Notes: a model not told the origin generated them from the sequence alone. Shown: positions 40,019 through 55,343, numbered from the stretch's first letter. The stretch is 64,000 nucleotides of DNA from Lingula anatina (GCA_051362555.1 CM120646.1:16926001-16990000), one strand, 5' to 3'. Made by a program: numbers and translations.

Positions 40019-43000
40019 TATGGTGGTGGTTGGGGGGAGATCTTGGTAGAAGATCACAAATACGTCAAAACCTGTTAAAAACCCCAAAATGAAGTGAACC
40101 TCAAAGCTGTCATACAGAACCTCTACACTGATATGCGAGTAATATTCAATGTGAGAGGTGCAGAAACTAATAATTAGTTCTAAAATCATAAACTTACAAT
40201 CTGTATTTATAAATGAACTGACCTGTACCATCCCTGGTTTTGTAAGCATCAGCTTAAAATTCTATTCCAATCATAGATATCAGTAAAAATCCCCAGGTGT
40301 AATAACTACCATATAAATACTGCAATCCCTTTCATCCAGATAGTGATCCCAGTAACTGCAGGACATTTACGGACCATTGACCCACTTCTGGATCATGATA
40401 AGTCCAGCTATGAATGGAGTGGGCCAAGCTATGGGAATATTTATGAATGAATATGAATCCTAACTAAATGTAGGGCAAAGGTGACCTACTATTTTTATTA
40501 TTAACATCCAGGGCTCAAGATAGCTTGTTGAAACGCCATCATTGGTGAAAACTATCAGTTCCGTCTGCAAGTAGACGATTATTATGTCATGGGCCATCGT
40601 TTCACAAAAGAACTTGCGTTTTGAAGATGTCTTATCTGCTAGACCCACAATTGTACTGCACCTTGATCTAGCAAGATATGAATCAGTTATGATCCACTTA
40701 ATGGGAATACAGAGACAGTGTCACAAAGGGTAAAAAAATATAGTGGATGCTAAAGACTGAAAGTTTCATGACAGTTTTTTAGCAGGCTTCAGATTCATCT
40801 TTGAACCAAATTGACTCAAATTTTCGATAAAAGCCTAAAGATCAACTTTTGAAACAGGCTGTTTTGTAAAGCAGAACTAGGATATAAACAGACTGCATAA
40901 AATAAAACATACAATTCACTTATTACATAATACTGATATGATATATAGAGGAAACGTTAAATGGGGATGATGGTTCTGATTCAAGTCAAACTATAATACC
41001 CAAGTTGTCAGCTCAGCATTAACCCACCTACTGTCTGATTAACACAATTTACCATATATATTTAACAGAGAACACTAGATCTGTTCTCATCTATCTGAAC
41101 ATACCTTAGGGATGCACCCTGGGTCCTGTTTGAAGTTTTGGCGGCAGACCAAATCATACAGATTGATTGGTTATGCATAACAAGTCACATTCTGATTTAG
41201 ACGGCCTGTCTCCTCCAATTCACAAATAAAGACATCAGATCAATGAAATACTCTCTCTGTGGGTGTAGACAGTGCAGGCTGAATGAAACACAGTGCAACA
41301 GTGCAAAACTAAGAACAATCTAGCCTAATGTTTCTTTTTCAACGCCTGAAAAGGAAGTACGAGTTGAAAGAACTCAGTACAGAGATGGTATCTGCTCCCT
41401 ACTTCCACCACCAACACGGCCACATCAACTCACCTGGTCTCATAGCCTTCCCTCCTCTGGTATCAATTTGAATCATTAAAACACCATTAAATCCCATCTA
41501 AACGGATGAGATGGAGATAAGATAAAAACTGATCTCAGCATCACAGATGGTTCTAGAATTGGGGAGCAGGGATGGGGGGGGGGTTTAGGATAGGGGGCTG
41601 CTACAAAAAGTTCCCTCACTATGCTCAAACAGCAACCCTGAGTTTTAAATTTGATGCATGCCAGCTTTTTCAATAAGGCATTCATCTCTAAGGGGGTAAA
41701 TACAGAGGTCTGAAAATAAAGCAGGTGGCATGACTGAGTCTGAAACTCACAGTAGGTATGGTATATTTACAAGTGAAAAAAATTCCTGTGCCCTCTTTCC
41801 CTCCGTATTCTTGAGTGAAAAATAGCCTTAAGCGAAAAAATAGCCTATCTTTTTAAAAAAAATTAATTATTTATTTCATTAAAAGATTTTCCTGAGGAAG
41901 AACCTATGCACACTCATGACTAGCTGCCCATTTTCAGACACCATCAAAAATCCACAATGGCTAGCTACCCACAGCACACTTGGTCTGGTTTAAAAAAAAG
42001 TTTCCTGCAATTTATGTAAGTTGAAGCTCAAGAAATCATCAAACATGTAAATATAGCTCTAGATACACAGGTGCCATTCACTAAGGTGATTTTAAGGTCC
42101 TTATTTAGTGCGAGCGGTGTATTTGTGAGATTGTAATCAGCGGAAAGGGGCGTTTCTATCATGGAGTTAGAACTATAGAGAACTATATGCTATTGTAGCA
42201 CGCGATACTCATAATGAACTTTGATCACTTCCTTTGTATAAATTGGTTACTACATACAAGTAGCCCGTATATTATACAAGCACATAATTGTAATACAAGC
42301 ACCATATTATACATGTGAACAACACTTTTTACAATACAGAAAGAGGAGGGGGATAAACCAATAATTTTCAAGATGAATTTCTGAATTTCTATTACACCCA
42401 GTGTACTGGTATCAATCGTAACAGTTTGCATTTTTTAAAACCAAGTGGTTCACTACAGGCCAAACCTTTTTTTAATAGCAAAACATTATTATGCAGCCTT
42501 CAACATTTAGGAAAGAGTATCAGACAACAGCAAAAAAATGAAGGATTCTCTTTCTGAATTCATATTTCAGAAACTGAATGGTTCTTTTTCTGAATTCATT
42601 TTTCAAATGCCTATATTTCTTTTCATCAGTGCCCAGTCCAGTCCAGTCTGACCCAAGAGAACTGACCAATGGACTGGATGACAGACTAATAAAAGAATTG
42701 CATTTTCAAAGTTACTTGTCCCACTGGAATACTGGGAATTTGATCAGTTGCCACAGAACATTATTCTATTATCTACAGATTTCATCTTCAGACTAGTTAA
42801 TTTTGATTTGGACTGGTAGTTTCATGAGGCCAAGTGGCCATTATATAGGGCTGAGAAGCTAAAGGTATACACATAGACAGTCTACTGTTTCCTATCAGCT
42901 TCACTGGCAATGTGGGAGCATACCAGGCATGAAATTGATAGAGCCTAGACCTTTAAGCAATCTAACAAACTGGTAACCTCACTGCTCAGTCAGATGGACA

Positions 43001-43037
43001 AGATAAGGTAGGATCAAGAATGTTATACAGGTATAAA

Positions 43038-43225
43038 CATGCCTGTAGCCAAGAACTTCAAGGGGGGGGGGTCTTTTTCAGAGAAGAGTTGACCTTTTAA
43101 CTCCCTCTGAGTTGACCCAGCTTGACAAATGGCATAGAACCTAGATCAAAATTTGATTTAGAGTAAAGCTTTTCTAGTCAAAAGGGTGGTTCTTTCAACC
43201 TCTCCCCCCCCTTTCCGCCTTTGGT
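43038..43225. mobile_element. Decayed short MITE-like element
   Basis: Starts CATGCCTGTAGCCAAGAACTTCAA followed by a G run and ends in a C-rich tract. This G-run...C-run layout is common in small TIR elements, but the right TIR is eroded. Confidence 0.4.
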
Positions 43226-46200
43226 CCTTATACATGTAGAACTTGGCAAATACTTTAACTCAGAGATATGGCCTTAATATTAATAACATCTTTTGAATTT
43301 ACATCTATTTATTCAATTGACTATTGTTTTATTCAACTCAATCCTGAAAAAGTAAAAATTTCAATTATTTTGGTAACTAAACAAAAAAAAAAAAAAAAAA
43401 AAATTTGACAATGCTCAACAGGATTAACATGTGAAAACTGAATCACATATGGTAAAAATTGAAATTAATGCATGTAAGTATGTGAGACTTAGTAAGTTAT
43501 TCCACATTTTCCTTCTGGTTCATATTTGTACCTGTAATACTTCACATTTAGCACAAAATGAGTAGCAGCACTAAGCCATTTTACCTTACATCATCATTAC
43601 ATCAAATACCGAGGCTAGAAGATTGTCCAAAACTAATACCTTCTAAATTCCATATTTTGTCAAGTACAAACATGCCTCAAGGTTTACCAATCATTTCTGT
43701 TTTTTAACCCTTTTCTACAATTAAACTGATATTCTCTTGGTTTTTCGAGACGATTTTTCAAAATAAAAATCCAGGACACAAGAAGAATGATATGAACTAT
43801 ATGTACCATTCAGTTTCATCTGCAATGAGAAAATATTAGAAAAATTAAGCAAACACAAAATATGAACTATTTAATATCGAGCATCAGTGAAGCAAATGTG
43901 CATGCTTTTCATACATAATTTTAACATTTAACTCCTAATAATGTTCATTTAAGTAACATATTTTGTTCTGACTCACCTTTTAAGTTCATAAAAATATCTT
44001 CATTCAAAGAGGAGCAGCTCATTTTATCATTTCCAACACCTCTTGAGCTTCAGGTTACAAACTATAACATCACAGGTAAAAACTGTCCAATGTTATTAAA
44101 AATCCATCAATGTCTCTTGGTTTAGTTCTAAAACTAAACTCTCCAGTAACGATCAGCACTCTTCCCTCCAAAATGACCAACTCGATCTTCAAGATACAAT
44201 TTGTACAGGTAAATCTGACAACAGACACTGGTCAGTAAAAATCTACTTAAAACACAGGCACACGGTACAGCTTTACAGACATTAACTAATTTCTTCCCTT
44301 AATTCAGGATGACCAGCCCGTCTTCTCAATCAACTTGCTTTAAGGTATTAAAATGCGCAGGTAAAATAAATGACTCCCATACAATTCTCAATAAAAAAAT
44401 CCATGAAATGCCTCCTACTAAGACAGCTGGTCTGTATGTAGAATATAGAAGAGGACTCCTGTACATCTGTGTGTGTGTAACCCCTGGGGCCCACAGGAAG
44501 CTCTGAAGTTCAGAGGACATAAAATAAACCTTGAAATCCAAAACTATCCAGTAAAATAAAATGTCAGCTAGTGACCAAGGTAACTGATTAATGAAAACTG
44601 TCGATTTCATCCAATTTGGTTTAAATTGAGAGCACCTGGGATTCTTTTTTGTAGAATTCATTTTCAGGGCCACAGAATACTCAGTATAGAAATTAACATG
44701 TACATATGGGCAATAAGACTGTTGTTGTGCTATTGGTGAGGGGTATGAGTTTATTGATTGCCCTAACTTGGATAATTGAGGCCTACGGCCCTAAGGGAGT
44801 CCCTGATTAACTGGTAGAAAGCAAAGGTTTACTGGAACAATAAATTCCTGAGCATTCTTTAAAAATTAAGTTGCTAAGCAACAAAGACATCAGTAAATAC
44901 AAGCTCATAAACAGGACCCTATGATTTGCTCCATGTTTGTTTTCAAAATTATTTCTTGTGATTACAGAAAACTGGTTCAGATAAACTCTTAATTTTTCAG
45001 AAATTAGTCCAAAGTGATTAAATCAACTCCGGAAAATTTGAAGTACACCTGAAAGCATTTACATGTAATGGGATGTTTGAACTCTTGACTTAACTTGAGA
45101 TGGAGAAAAAAAAACATTGCACAAAAGGACAGATATTTTACTAGAGGTGTGTTCAGACATGAATATTGACCATTTTAAGTCTAAGAGGCACCATCAGATG
45201 AAACAACTCACTAAACAAAATTGAACTGCTTGAAAACACCTGGATACAACACCAATGAAGTGATTAACTGTGGAGCAGATGCCCAGAGAGGGATGAAAAA
45301 AAAAGAAGACTTGTTGAAAATAAGACATCTATTCTTTTTGCAATAGTTACTATGCAGGGAAGGGGAGGGGGGGTCAAAAGAACCAACCTTCGGCTAAGAA
45401 AAGATATGCTCTGAATCAAAATTTGATCAAGATTTTATGCCATTTCTCAAGCAGTACAGAGGCATACCCATGTTTCACAAATAAAGGTCCACTTTTCAAA
45501 AAAAAAAAAAATGCTAACTACAGACATGTTATGTTTTATGTTTTACGACTTTACCAAAACCTTATTCAATCTGGCTTCATCCTCGTGTCTAAATGCACCA
45601 CAAACTTTTATCATCTCCAATATAAACACTGATCAAGCTCTCAAAATGTCCTTCTCATCTTTCTTTTCCATAGGCGAAGCACAATCAAGTTATATTTGGC
45701 CGTGTTATTCTTTCATTTGATCTGTCATATTTATAATAAAGGTTTATCAATATACAGTGGTGATGTTTTCACTGGAAAGTGGAAAGACGCATCTCAGTAT
45801 CGATACAGTGTCACAATGGTCATAGAAATTCCTCACTCCTTACAGTAAACATTGTCCTGAGCAAATATGTCTGGTGCACAACACCTCATAGCTGACCTTT
45901 ATTTTATAAGTGTGTAATAATATCATCTTCTTCCGTCCTCTACTGATCAAGTGCAAAGAATTAATAATTAATATTGGTACACGTACATCTCATATTGGTT
46001 TCTTTCTTGGTTTCTTTCTATACAATAATGTAATATTCTCAATACTCTTTTAACATGCAATTCCAGTATACCGATCATAGTAAATCACAACAGTATACAT
46101 ACACACACTGGTGATTAATTTAACAAATCATGATCTTTGCCAAGATGAAGCTCAATAGAAAAACAGACAAATTGCTCTACTCTATAATTCTAATGTCAGT

Positions 46201-47164
46201 TATCTATCTACCAAGTTGCTGTACCTGAAGACCGTTCTCCGTCAACCAAATGGGAAGTAAATGATCAATTCATTTTCTGGTCAAATGAAGTTTCTGATTA
46301 TGGATTATCAGAACAATTCCAACCAGCCTGGATGGGAACAGCACAGGAAATAACTGCATGTTCCTCAATGATGTAGTTAACCTACCTCAATGAACAGTGG
46401 CAGAGTTCAGGAAGCAGAGGTTCATGCAATATAAACCAACCTAGTGGGAGACTTCAGCACTTTTTAAACTAAAACCATTTTTGGATCAACTTGAGGAAGG
46501 AGATGGTTTAAATGCCCCCCCCCCTCCCCCCATCATCACCACTGCTCCTCATCCCCTACCTCTTCTTTCATTTAATTTCATTTCAAAATAAAGCTGATGG
46601 TCTAATAAATGGTAGCTGACAACATTGGGAGGGTAATTAACCTATCTACTTCCTGAAATAAAGTCTTAAAACAATTTTATTTAAAATGGCCCTGAACGCA
46701 GCCTATAACAGACTCAATTTGTATCAGTTAAGGGCAACTTTTCAAGTACAGTCACCGCAAAATTGGGTTCATTTCCTGGGAGACACAGACATAACAATGC
46801 AAAAGAACTGAGGCATTGGGGTATTTTTCATTGAGAACTGTCATAAGCACCATCCGGACTCATCCATAATAAACCTGCATCACAAAGCAGGATATCAATC
46901 ACACTAGAGGTATGGTGGAAGACCAGGCAATTTGGACATTATCACACTGAGCACATTCCATCATCTATAACAACTTGCTTTTTTCTTCAGATAGCATAAT
47001 ATCTCTTATAAAGGCATAAGAAGAATGGAATGATTTTGAACTTTTATCAAATGTGAAAAAAATGTCCAACAATGTTTATAGTTCTTACAACCAACAGTGA
47101 CAAAATTTAACAAAAATTTAGACTGCATTTGAGTCATTCCAACATTCACTTTACAAACGTGATG

Positions 47165-47168
47165 CCCC

Positions 47169-47199
<31 letters not shown>

Positions 47200-47212
47200 A
47201 CACACACACACA
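47165..47212. repeat. Poly(C) joined to (CA)n
   Basis: C21 followed by CA repeats. Confidence 0.95.
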
Positions 47213-48022
47213 GGCTGAATTTAAAACTGAATTAGAAACCTCAGTTATCGCTCAACTAATGATCGATCAAATGTATGATAGTGATTAATAGGGAATCCTG
47301 GCTAATTACTTTTTCAATTAAAGCCACAAACAAAAGCTCAGCCCTGAGCAATGGCAATATTAAGCAATCATACTAGATGTTTCCATTTCTGAACTTCAAA
47401 GATTACAATCTGTAACATCTCCCATTGATTTGCTGTGAAAATAATCATTGGCCACTTAGTGATAGATGAATATTTTAGCTGCAGTACAGGCCTAATAACT
47501 GTGAGTTTATATAGAAATATTACACCATATTACCAGCTCTTAGAACAGATGGCATCATACAGCTGTGATTTCCCAGTTGAAACAAGGAACAAGTTTTACA
47601 AAGATTGTCCTATAACACTATGGGTTAACTTTACATCATATGACTAGAGCTATAAGGATTTGGTTTATCTATTTCCTTTTGCTTTAGCTTGAAAAAATCT
47701 GGGATTAATGATAAATCGTTTTGTTGGTCCTGCAGCCCATCACTGGCTTCAACTATATACAGGATAAGTATTTTCACAAAGCATATGCACATCTAAATAT
47801 ATACATTTGCACGCACACACGCACACACACAAACATGCACACCATTTATTTTTAATGCTGCATATATCAATAACATTTATCAATTTTGACAAAATAATCA
47901 AAACAAAAATATTACACAAGATTCACTCCACAAAATTTCAACATCAAGTCAATTTCAGTAGCACATGAAAAACACATCAACAATGACAGTGGTCACTGCA
48001 AGGTGTAATGATGGACACTCAC

Positions 48023-48242
48023 CTGGTATGTGTCTTCAGTTTTCTTGACCACAGGTCATCCAGTCACTGCAGTATATATTTGGGGTAGTTTGTATCCCTA
48101 GGTGGTGATTTCTTCTGTTATAGTAATAATCCTTATGTTAATATTTGCAGTTTCACTGACCTGCAGTGCAGACTTGATGTCAGACTCTGGTCAGTCTGAG
48201 ACACCTCCCTTGCCGATAGTGCAAGAGTTCTTGTTGTGTGTA
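48023..48242 (-). other. Candidate 220-nt 5'UTR exon
   Basis: Strong acceptor attcttttacctttctag|TA and consensus donor CCAG|gtgagt. Stops in all three frames. Same strand as the rols-like exons. Confidence 0.55.
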
Positions 48243-49409
48243 CTAGAAAGGTAAAAGAATCCCTTACAAGCTACAGTCAATAGTCCCCTGAATCAGCTCC
48301 AAAATCAGCTCCAAAACCTGCAGACTTTGTAGCACACAAGGAAGTATAATAATCCTGTCCCAGTCCAGCTTCACTCTAGGGTCCTATCTCAAAAAGTCAT
48401 GTGGGTGGAACCTGGTCAAAAAGAAAATATGTCATGTTCAAGCACTGTTAACTCAAGTTTCACATCTGGGTTTATTAATAACACTTACCTATACCTATAA
48501 ATGTGTACAATGGATAGTACAGATATGAGATGGAAATATGTGTTTATAACAATTGCTTCTTTTTTAAATAAACTGGAATTATCACAATTTAAAAAAACAT
48601 CATACTTGATAGAAAAAAAGTACTTTAATTTGGTTTGCGAAAATAATGAGAGCAATTGTTTACTAAATTATTCATCTGTGACGCAACACATTCATATTTA
48701 CTTGCATGAAGCACCTCAATAAACCATCCCTTTCCTAAACAAAACCCTAATAATCAGATCAGTATATCACACAAAAACTTTGGAAAAAAGGTCAATGCCA
48801 TTTTTTATGCTGCATGCTTCCTTTGGCAAAAGGTTTTCGGCTCTCAAAGGCAATCCACAGATGGCCTCTGACACACACACATGCTTTACATAGCAAAAAA
48901 CTAGGAAGTGACCAATCATTAAAATACTAAATCAAATTACTGTGAAAGTGATGAAAGGTCACTTGTTTCAGTGACCACAGGCTGTGACTTGCAAATTGCC
49001 TAAGAACTAACAAACTGCATGCTGAAATTACACTTTAGCAAGCACTTTTCACATATAATATCACATATAAACACATTTTTTTGTTTTTATGTACAATTAT
49101 TTCCGGAAATGACAAGTAAAAGGCAAAAAATTATGTGACATTTTAAGAAAAAAATTAATTCCTAGAATACCAATCTTTAAGGTACTCTTTGAAGCCTCTT
49201 TTCTACAAGAAAAATGGTCAGTTGAATTACGTGCTGCAGATGACTGAAGAGAAACTTCCCAGAAATAAACTGACCAGACAGGTGAGTCCAAGGTAGCATT
49301 CACAACTAGAACAACTTAGCCCAGAAACAGACTTAGTGATCTTACCAAGATGACTCAGTCACATTAGGACCCCTCTTTCACTTTGGAGTTTGAAATCCTG
49401 TGGCAAGCC

Positions 49410-49598
49410 GGTCAACTATTAGCTAACTAAGCAAGTCCTGTTGTGAACTTGGCCTATGCAGCTGATGACTTTAAGTTAGATGACTAGCTATCTAAGTCAG
49501 TCCTGGTTTGAATACATCCATACACATGCAGCTGGTGACCTAAGTTAGACTACTAGCTGTCTAAGATAGCCTTGGCATGAATACGACCCTACACAGCT
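49410..49598. repeat. Diverged 65-69-bp tandem repeat, about 3 units
   Basis: Units start at about 49410, 49475 and 49544. They share TAGCT...CTAAG...GAA, and the first two also share ATGCAGCTG(A/G)TGAC. Confidence 0.85.
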
Positions 49599-49941
49599 AC
49601 CAGCAGATGCACATCTTCTTCCATCTTTGTTTGAAGCAGACACAGAGAGAAACCATGCTTGACATTCAAGGAAGAACTTGCTGTTTATCAGTGTATATGA
49701 TAGCCAGCCTGGTCTGTTACTCCCTATAAAAAAACCTTCACTCTGATCTTCCACTTTACTTTACTGGGCCAGTAATGTGTATGAAATGTAAAAATCCTTG
49801 GAAATCCATTTGCAGAACTTTCTTGGTTCTAGAGAAGGCCCTTGAGATGAATACTTACTACATAACCAGTGGTATAATGTAACAGAACAAAACTGATAAA
49901 CAAACCCTGTTATCTCTGCATGTGTGCAACTGGGTTGTTAT

Positions 49942-50205
49942 TGGCATGAAAAAAAGTTACTTTGACTATGAGGCAAAAATATATATCCTGTATTAGAATT
50001 TCTTGGATTTTTTTGTGAGATATTTTCCAATATTGGGGTTGTAACAGACTCAGCAACAGCAGTGATATTTCCTGTTTTTTTTTTTGTTTTTTTTTTTAAC
50101 TGGCATGAAAAAAAATCACTCTGAGGCAAAAGTATATCCCATCTTCGAATACCTTGAATTTCTTGTGAGATCTCATCCAAATTGTGAGGTAATAGCAGAC
50201 ACACC
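49942..50205. repeat. Diverged direct duplication of about 105-110 bp, period about 159 bp
   Basis: TGGCATGAAAAAAA...TGAGGCAAAA.TATAT...GAAT...TTGTGAGAT...TCCAA...CAGAC occurs at 49942-50053 and again at 50101-50205. Confidence 0.85.
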
Positions 50206-53200
50206 TTCGGGGTTTATATACAAGTAGGTTTCAGCCTGGTTGATGTTATAGTATCTGTTGATAAAGTACCAGACAGGAAGCAACGTGGTCTTTTCCAGGC
50301 AGCCCAAAGGTGTTTTTTAAGCATAAACAAATTCCTTATCATTTTAACATGTTAATTGGTTCAAGATTTTCAGCATCCAATGGTCCTAAGACATGTAGCT
50401 AACATTTCTATCTTTTTATAATGTACTGATTTGTGAATACTTCTTAGTTACTCAGTTACAACAAAAATTTACAATTGGAATGAGATTGTTCTCAATAAAC
50501 GGTCAATCAAATCAGTAAAGTGAAGAACAAATCAACAGCTGAGGTGATGATATATTTTAAGCCTGATAAGGCAAGTACTATGTACAGCTTTAGTTTTTCT
50601 TAATTATTGGTGTATATATATCAGTTATCTCTGCACTACATTTTATATTAAAATTATATTAAAGATCTTTACTTAAGTTAACAACATATCTTACGTATAT
50701 ACAACATTATATAGATCCCAGTCTTGCAGTCCTCTGCTGCAAAAAAAGCCACAATTGATATTAGACTATAGGTGCACCAGCAGAGGGTAAAGTCAAGCAA
50801 ACTTTAAGGATATATTACTAGTAATAACTATTGGACTGGTAAGACCACAGCTGCAGCATGACACATGTATGCATGTGCACATACACACATGCACTGTGGG
50901 CACATAAATGTATACATTCATCCACACCCACACGCTGATAAAAAAAAAGCATACCCATTTCTGTATCTGTCATCCTGATATAAGCTAAAATCCACAGCTT
51001 CCTCAACAACAATGTAAGTGTATAGATCTTCAATCCTTCTTCAATCAAAGGTAGCCAGCCATGTGCAAAACAAGTTCACATTGACTATCACAAGCAACAA
51101 ATCCGAATTCTCCCAATAGAAATCTACAAATCTAGTTAAAGGAAGACCAAACTCTGTCGTCTATCTGTTCTGTAATACTGCTCCAATGTGAAGCTCATCA
51201 CTTGGCAGCTGACTTGGCTGCCGGGTCTGATCTAGCATGTGGTACGTACAGCATCCGACTGGTAGAGTTTGTATAAGGCTGGGCCAAGGATAGCTTTGAT
51301 CTGCCCAAGATATGTTACTTCTAGAAGGTTATGCACACTCAAGATCGCTGTTGTCTGCTGTAAACTATATAATATCCCTGGGTGAATCTAGACTATAAAA
51401 TGTATAATGCTGTTGTCTAAGCTGAATCTAGACTGTTCAATGTACAAATATGATAATTATACATGTTGTCCAATAGGTCAGTATTGTGCCTGCCCACATG
51501 CATGCCACACTGGCTTGCTTCATTACTTTACTAGTAAGTAAAAACAAATAGGCTGTATCTGACATGTTCTTTTTATTCATTATTTAAAGACTTAGTTTAA
51601 AATGAAAGATGAAAGGAGTAAAATTCTCTCTTTCTCCCTCTTTTTTACCCTGTTAAACTCTCTGTTTTTGACTCACATGTGTTATTAATTGCTAAAGAAA
51701 TACATGACTCTTTACCACAAAGGATGTTAAAAAACTTAAAACATATTGTTTTTCTAATAAATTACATAACAACAGAACAATAAGAGACCTCCCACAGCAG
51801 TTGTCAGATTCAAGCACATGCCAAATGCCAAAAATAATTTTAATACGCCACTTCCTAATTCAAAACTAGTAAGTTTTCAAACAAAAAAGTTTAATGACCT
51901 CAAAATATAACCTTTAAATGTTTTTTCCTGTTATAATATTATCAATATAACAGTAAAAACTGTTAAAACTTGTGAAGTTTAAATAATACACTGTTCCTCT
52001 TTTTACTGTCTATGATGTTTTTAAAATATGCTAGAGCTAGAAAGAAAGCCATAATTCCATAAACTGTGCATGCATGAACCTCTGCTATAAAATGAAGGAA
52101 TTTGACAATGCATGCCCACTGAAATGACCCATCACACTGCTGTTTTGACTGGACAGGCTCTCTAAAAATTTGATTTAACTATTACACCAATGTGTGTCCC
52201 TTTAACAGCACCACAGTCAGCACACGCCAAAATGCTGCTGTCTTCTTTTTTTTTTCAGAGCACCAACCTCAACTGCAACTACCAATATGAAGGCACCAAA
52301 ACACATGTCCCATGCAAAGCATGCAAGACTTGACAAGGCAGTGACAGTGCACACAATCCTTTCAGACTGTAGCAAGCTCACTGAATACAAAAAACAAACA
52401 TAAAATGGGACAGCTAGAACCAGATTACTTGAACTACAGCAGACCATGCTACAGTAAGTACAAGAGACAGTAGAAGTCAGTGCTTGTCACTTCCCTTTAT
52501 CCCTGCAATAAACCATCACCTAACATTGCATGGCAACTAAGTGCTCCATTGCTTCTCAGCCCAGACTGAATAATACATAGAAAGCACTTAGCTGATGCAT
52601 GCACTCTCTTCTGTCTATTGGGATGTCTGTAAAGTTTAACTGGAAGATGTTTCTAACACTTGTAAAGTTGATTTGGCTGAGGGAGGGGTGGGGGGGTGGG
52701 GGGTTTGCAGGGGAATTATTGTCTGAATGGTTCACTTGACACACTGCCCCAGACAAAGTACATGTACCCAGTGACAGTTTTATGTACTGAATATATTGAA
52801 CTCAAACTACTGGACAGGCTATCCAGTGTCTGTGTCCACTAAAAATGGAGGCTGGCACAGAAAGAGAGTTGTTGGCCTTTATAGATGGACTGTGATGATG
52901 AGGTGTAAGAAATGGGGTGAGCTTGGGGGGGGGGGGGGATTGGTTGGTTGGAAAACTTCAGAACTATAGGCATCACGTCTGTCGTTTCTGTCACATAGTC
53001 AACAATAATGCTTCTTCAAATTGTTAATTTTCTTTCTACACACACAAGGTCTTCAACATAATCATGCGATGGTGCTTAACAGAGAGCAAAGTTTTCATTT
53101 AGACTCAATATCAGAATATCATTTTAACATGAAGGCTACTATATGCCCACCAATCAATTGGCCTTATGCATATTTCACCAGCTAACATAGCAAACACTGT

Positions 53201-55340
53201 CTCCTGCTCTAAAAGCCAGCCACTAATCTACGGTATCCATAATATTTCCCCAGCTTATTTAGAGCAGACTATCATTTTCTTCTCTCCAGCACTATTCTTG
53301 TACTCAGTGAATCCTCTTTTAAATACAAGAGGGTACATTTTCCTTATTTTCCCAAGAAAGAAGATTACTGATAAATAATATTTCCATTTGCTCCACCAAA
53401 TGCCTAGTATCTCACTTTTTGTTGCATAGTTTTACCTAAAACGGAGTATCTAACTCCCACTTTCAGAACAAAGTTACATTCCTTAGAGTAAATATGACCT
53501 CGTGCTGTGTCTAAGAACCTACCCATGGCAGTGGAGATTATCCATGCTGAGCTTTACAAATATCTATTTATATATAGCTTATCTGTCAAGATCTAAATTC
53601 CTAGGAATTTGTTCTCTAGAATGCTCTAATTTTACCTCACTTGGTGCTGCACACTGCCTTGTGGGAGAAAAAAATACTTTTAACCAACAAAAATACCTGT
53701 GCTGTTTTTAAGTTAACCTCCTCATAGATTACCTTGCAACTAGAGTTTGCCATTCAGATTCCTAGGAAATTTCTCTTTCCAGGAGATCCCAATGCCAGTG
53801 CTGAACCTGCGTGCCTTGCCTACTCAGGATCTGACTTGGATTCCAGGAGTCAGTTCATTGATTTAGTCTATCTGCTGCCCCGCTGTTGTGTCTAAGAGCT
53901 GATTTTAGTCAGAGTGCTAATCAATCTTAATGACACAGACATACCTTCAGTTGGCTATTTTCTGCCATGTTATTGATAGTTACTATATCCAAGACGAGGA
54001 GAGTTGGAGGATCTGGTGTAACAGTATTCATCTTATTTCTGCAATTCTAGAAGTTATTTTTTGGCACCTTGCAAATACCTTTTTTACAAACTTAAACCTA
54101 TACAAATGAAAAGAATAGAGGGAAAAAATGGCCCACCAGAGTCTTTTTATGAAAAAAAAATGCCTTTTGTGTTTAACTGAGCTCTTTTAATGTCTGCGCT
54201 TGAGTTTCCCTTTTTTCTTTTTTTCTCTGCAGTGGTCTCTTTGTCAAGTGTCTCTTCTACCAACAATGCTCTGTCACACTTCCAAGGTTTTAACTTACAA
54301 ACTGAGCATTTTTATCTCAGTGGATCCAAAAAAAAAAAAAAACTACAGTGCCACAGATGATGAGCAGTCAAGTAAAACTTACCTAGTGAGTACCTTGAAG
54401 TTCCCAGGGTTATGGAATGCCAAAAAAACAAATCATTTTCTCCCATTTTTTTTTTCAATGATATTTTCTCTTTACGTGTGTTTCATATTATCTCTGGTGC
54501 GAAAATGGTGTTAGAGCACATCTTTCTGAAATAACCAAATTTATGATGCAGCCCAGATAACAGTAAATCTTGGGACTGGTAATATCAGCAACATCACGTC
54601 TGCCTTTGCTCTGCTTAATAATGTATCAACTTCTATGGTGGTGTCCTTACGCATCAGTTGTTCCTATTTCCATGGATGAAATACTACACCCTTAATGTGA
54701 AAAAAAATTGAACATATTTACAAATAAACTCATATGCAATGTTATTTTAAGAAGAGGATCATCATCATCATCATCACCATCATCATACCTCTCCCTGAAC
54801 CAGGTACAGTAACCATATTTTATCATAACGGTTTATTTTTACATTATTCGCCATAGTCCCTAGTTCTCTTTTTACTGCATTAGCGACCCATGATGGAAAC
54901 ACTGTTGTGCACGAACTCAAGAAAAACCTTTAATCTACCTATCAAACTTTTCCTCTGGGGCCTCCAGCTCATTTCGCAATATGACAATTCACAAGCACAC
55001 TTTATAATAAATGATGTTGTTTTGTTTTCTTTGTTTTAATTCATGGACAACTTAAACACAATATTAAGACTTAGTACTCGCAGCATCAGAAATCTTGATT
55101 ACACTGGCATTCAAATACTCATATCACTCAATAGTCAATCTGTTAATTTAGTGGGGCAAGTTGGTCCAATATCCGGTCTTAGGCAGTCCTAGTCTGAATC
55201 CACTTGTCACACAATAGACAGTAGACTACAAGTAATAAGATACCCCCACAAGAATACAAAGAAGATGATAGTTTAATGGGGTGGTTTATAAGCATTGTGT
55301 ATTTGTAATATGAACCAGGCAGTGTAATTGTATTGAATTG

Positions 55341-55343
<3 letters not shown>

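Noticed and set aside
39830-40249. 139-aa ORF with an SLSLSL tract (also 55286-55588 and the poly-F ORF at 11457)
   Set aside because: Driven by (GA)n or poly(A) tracts.
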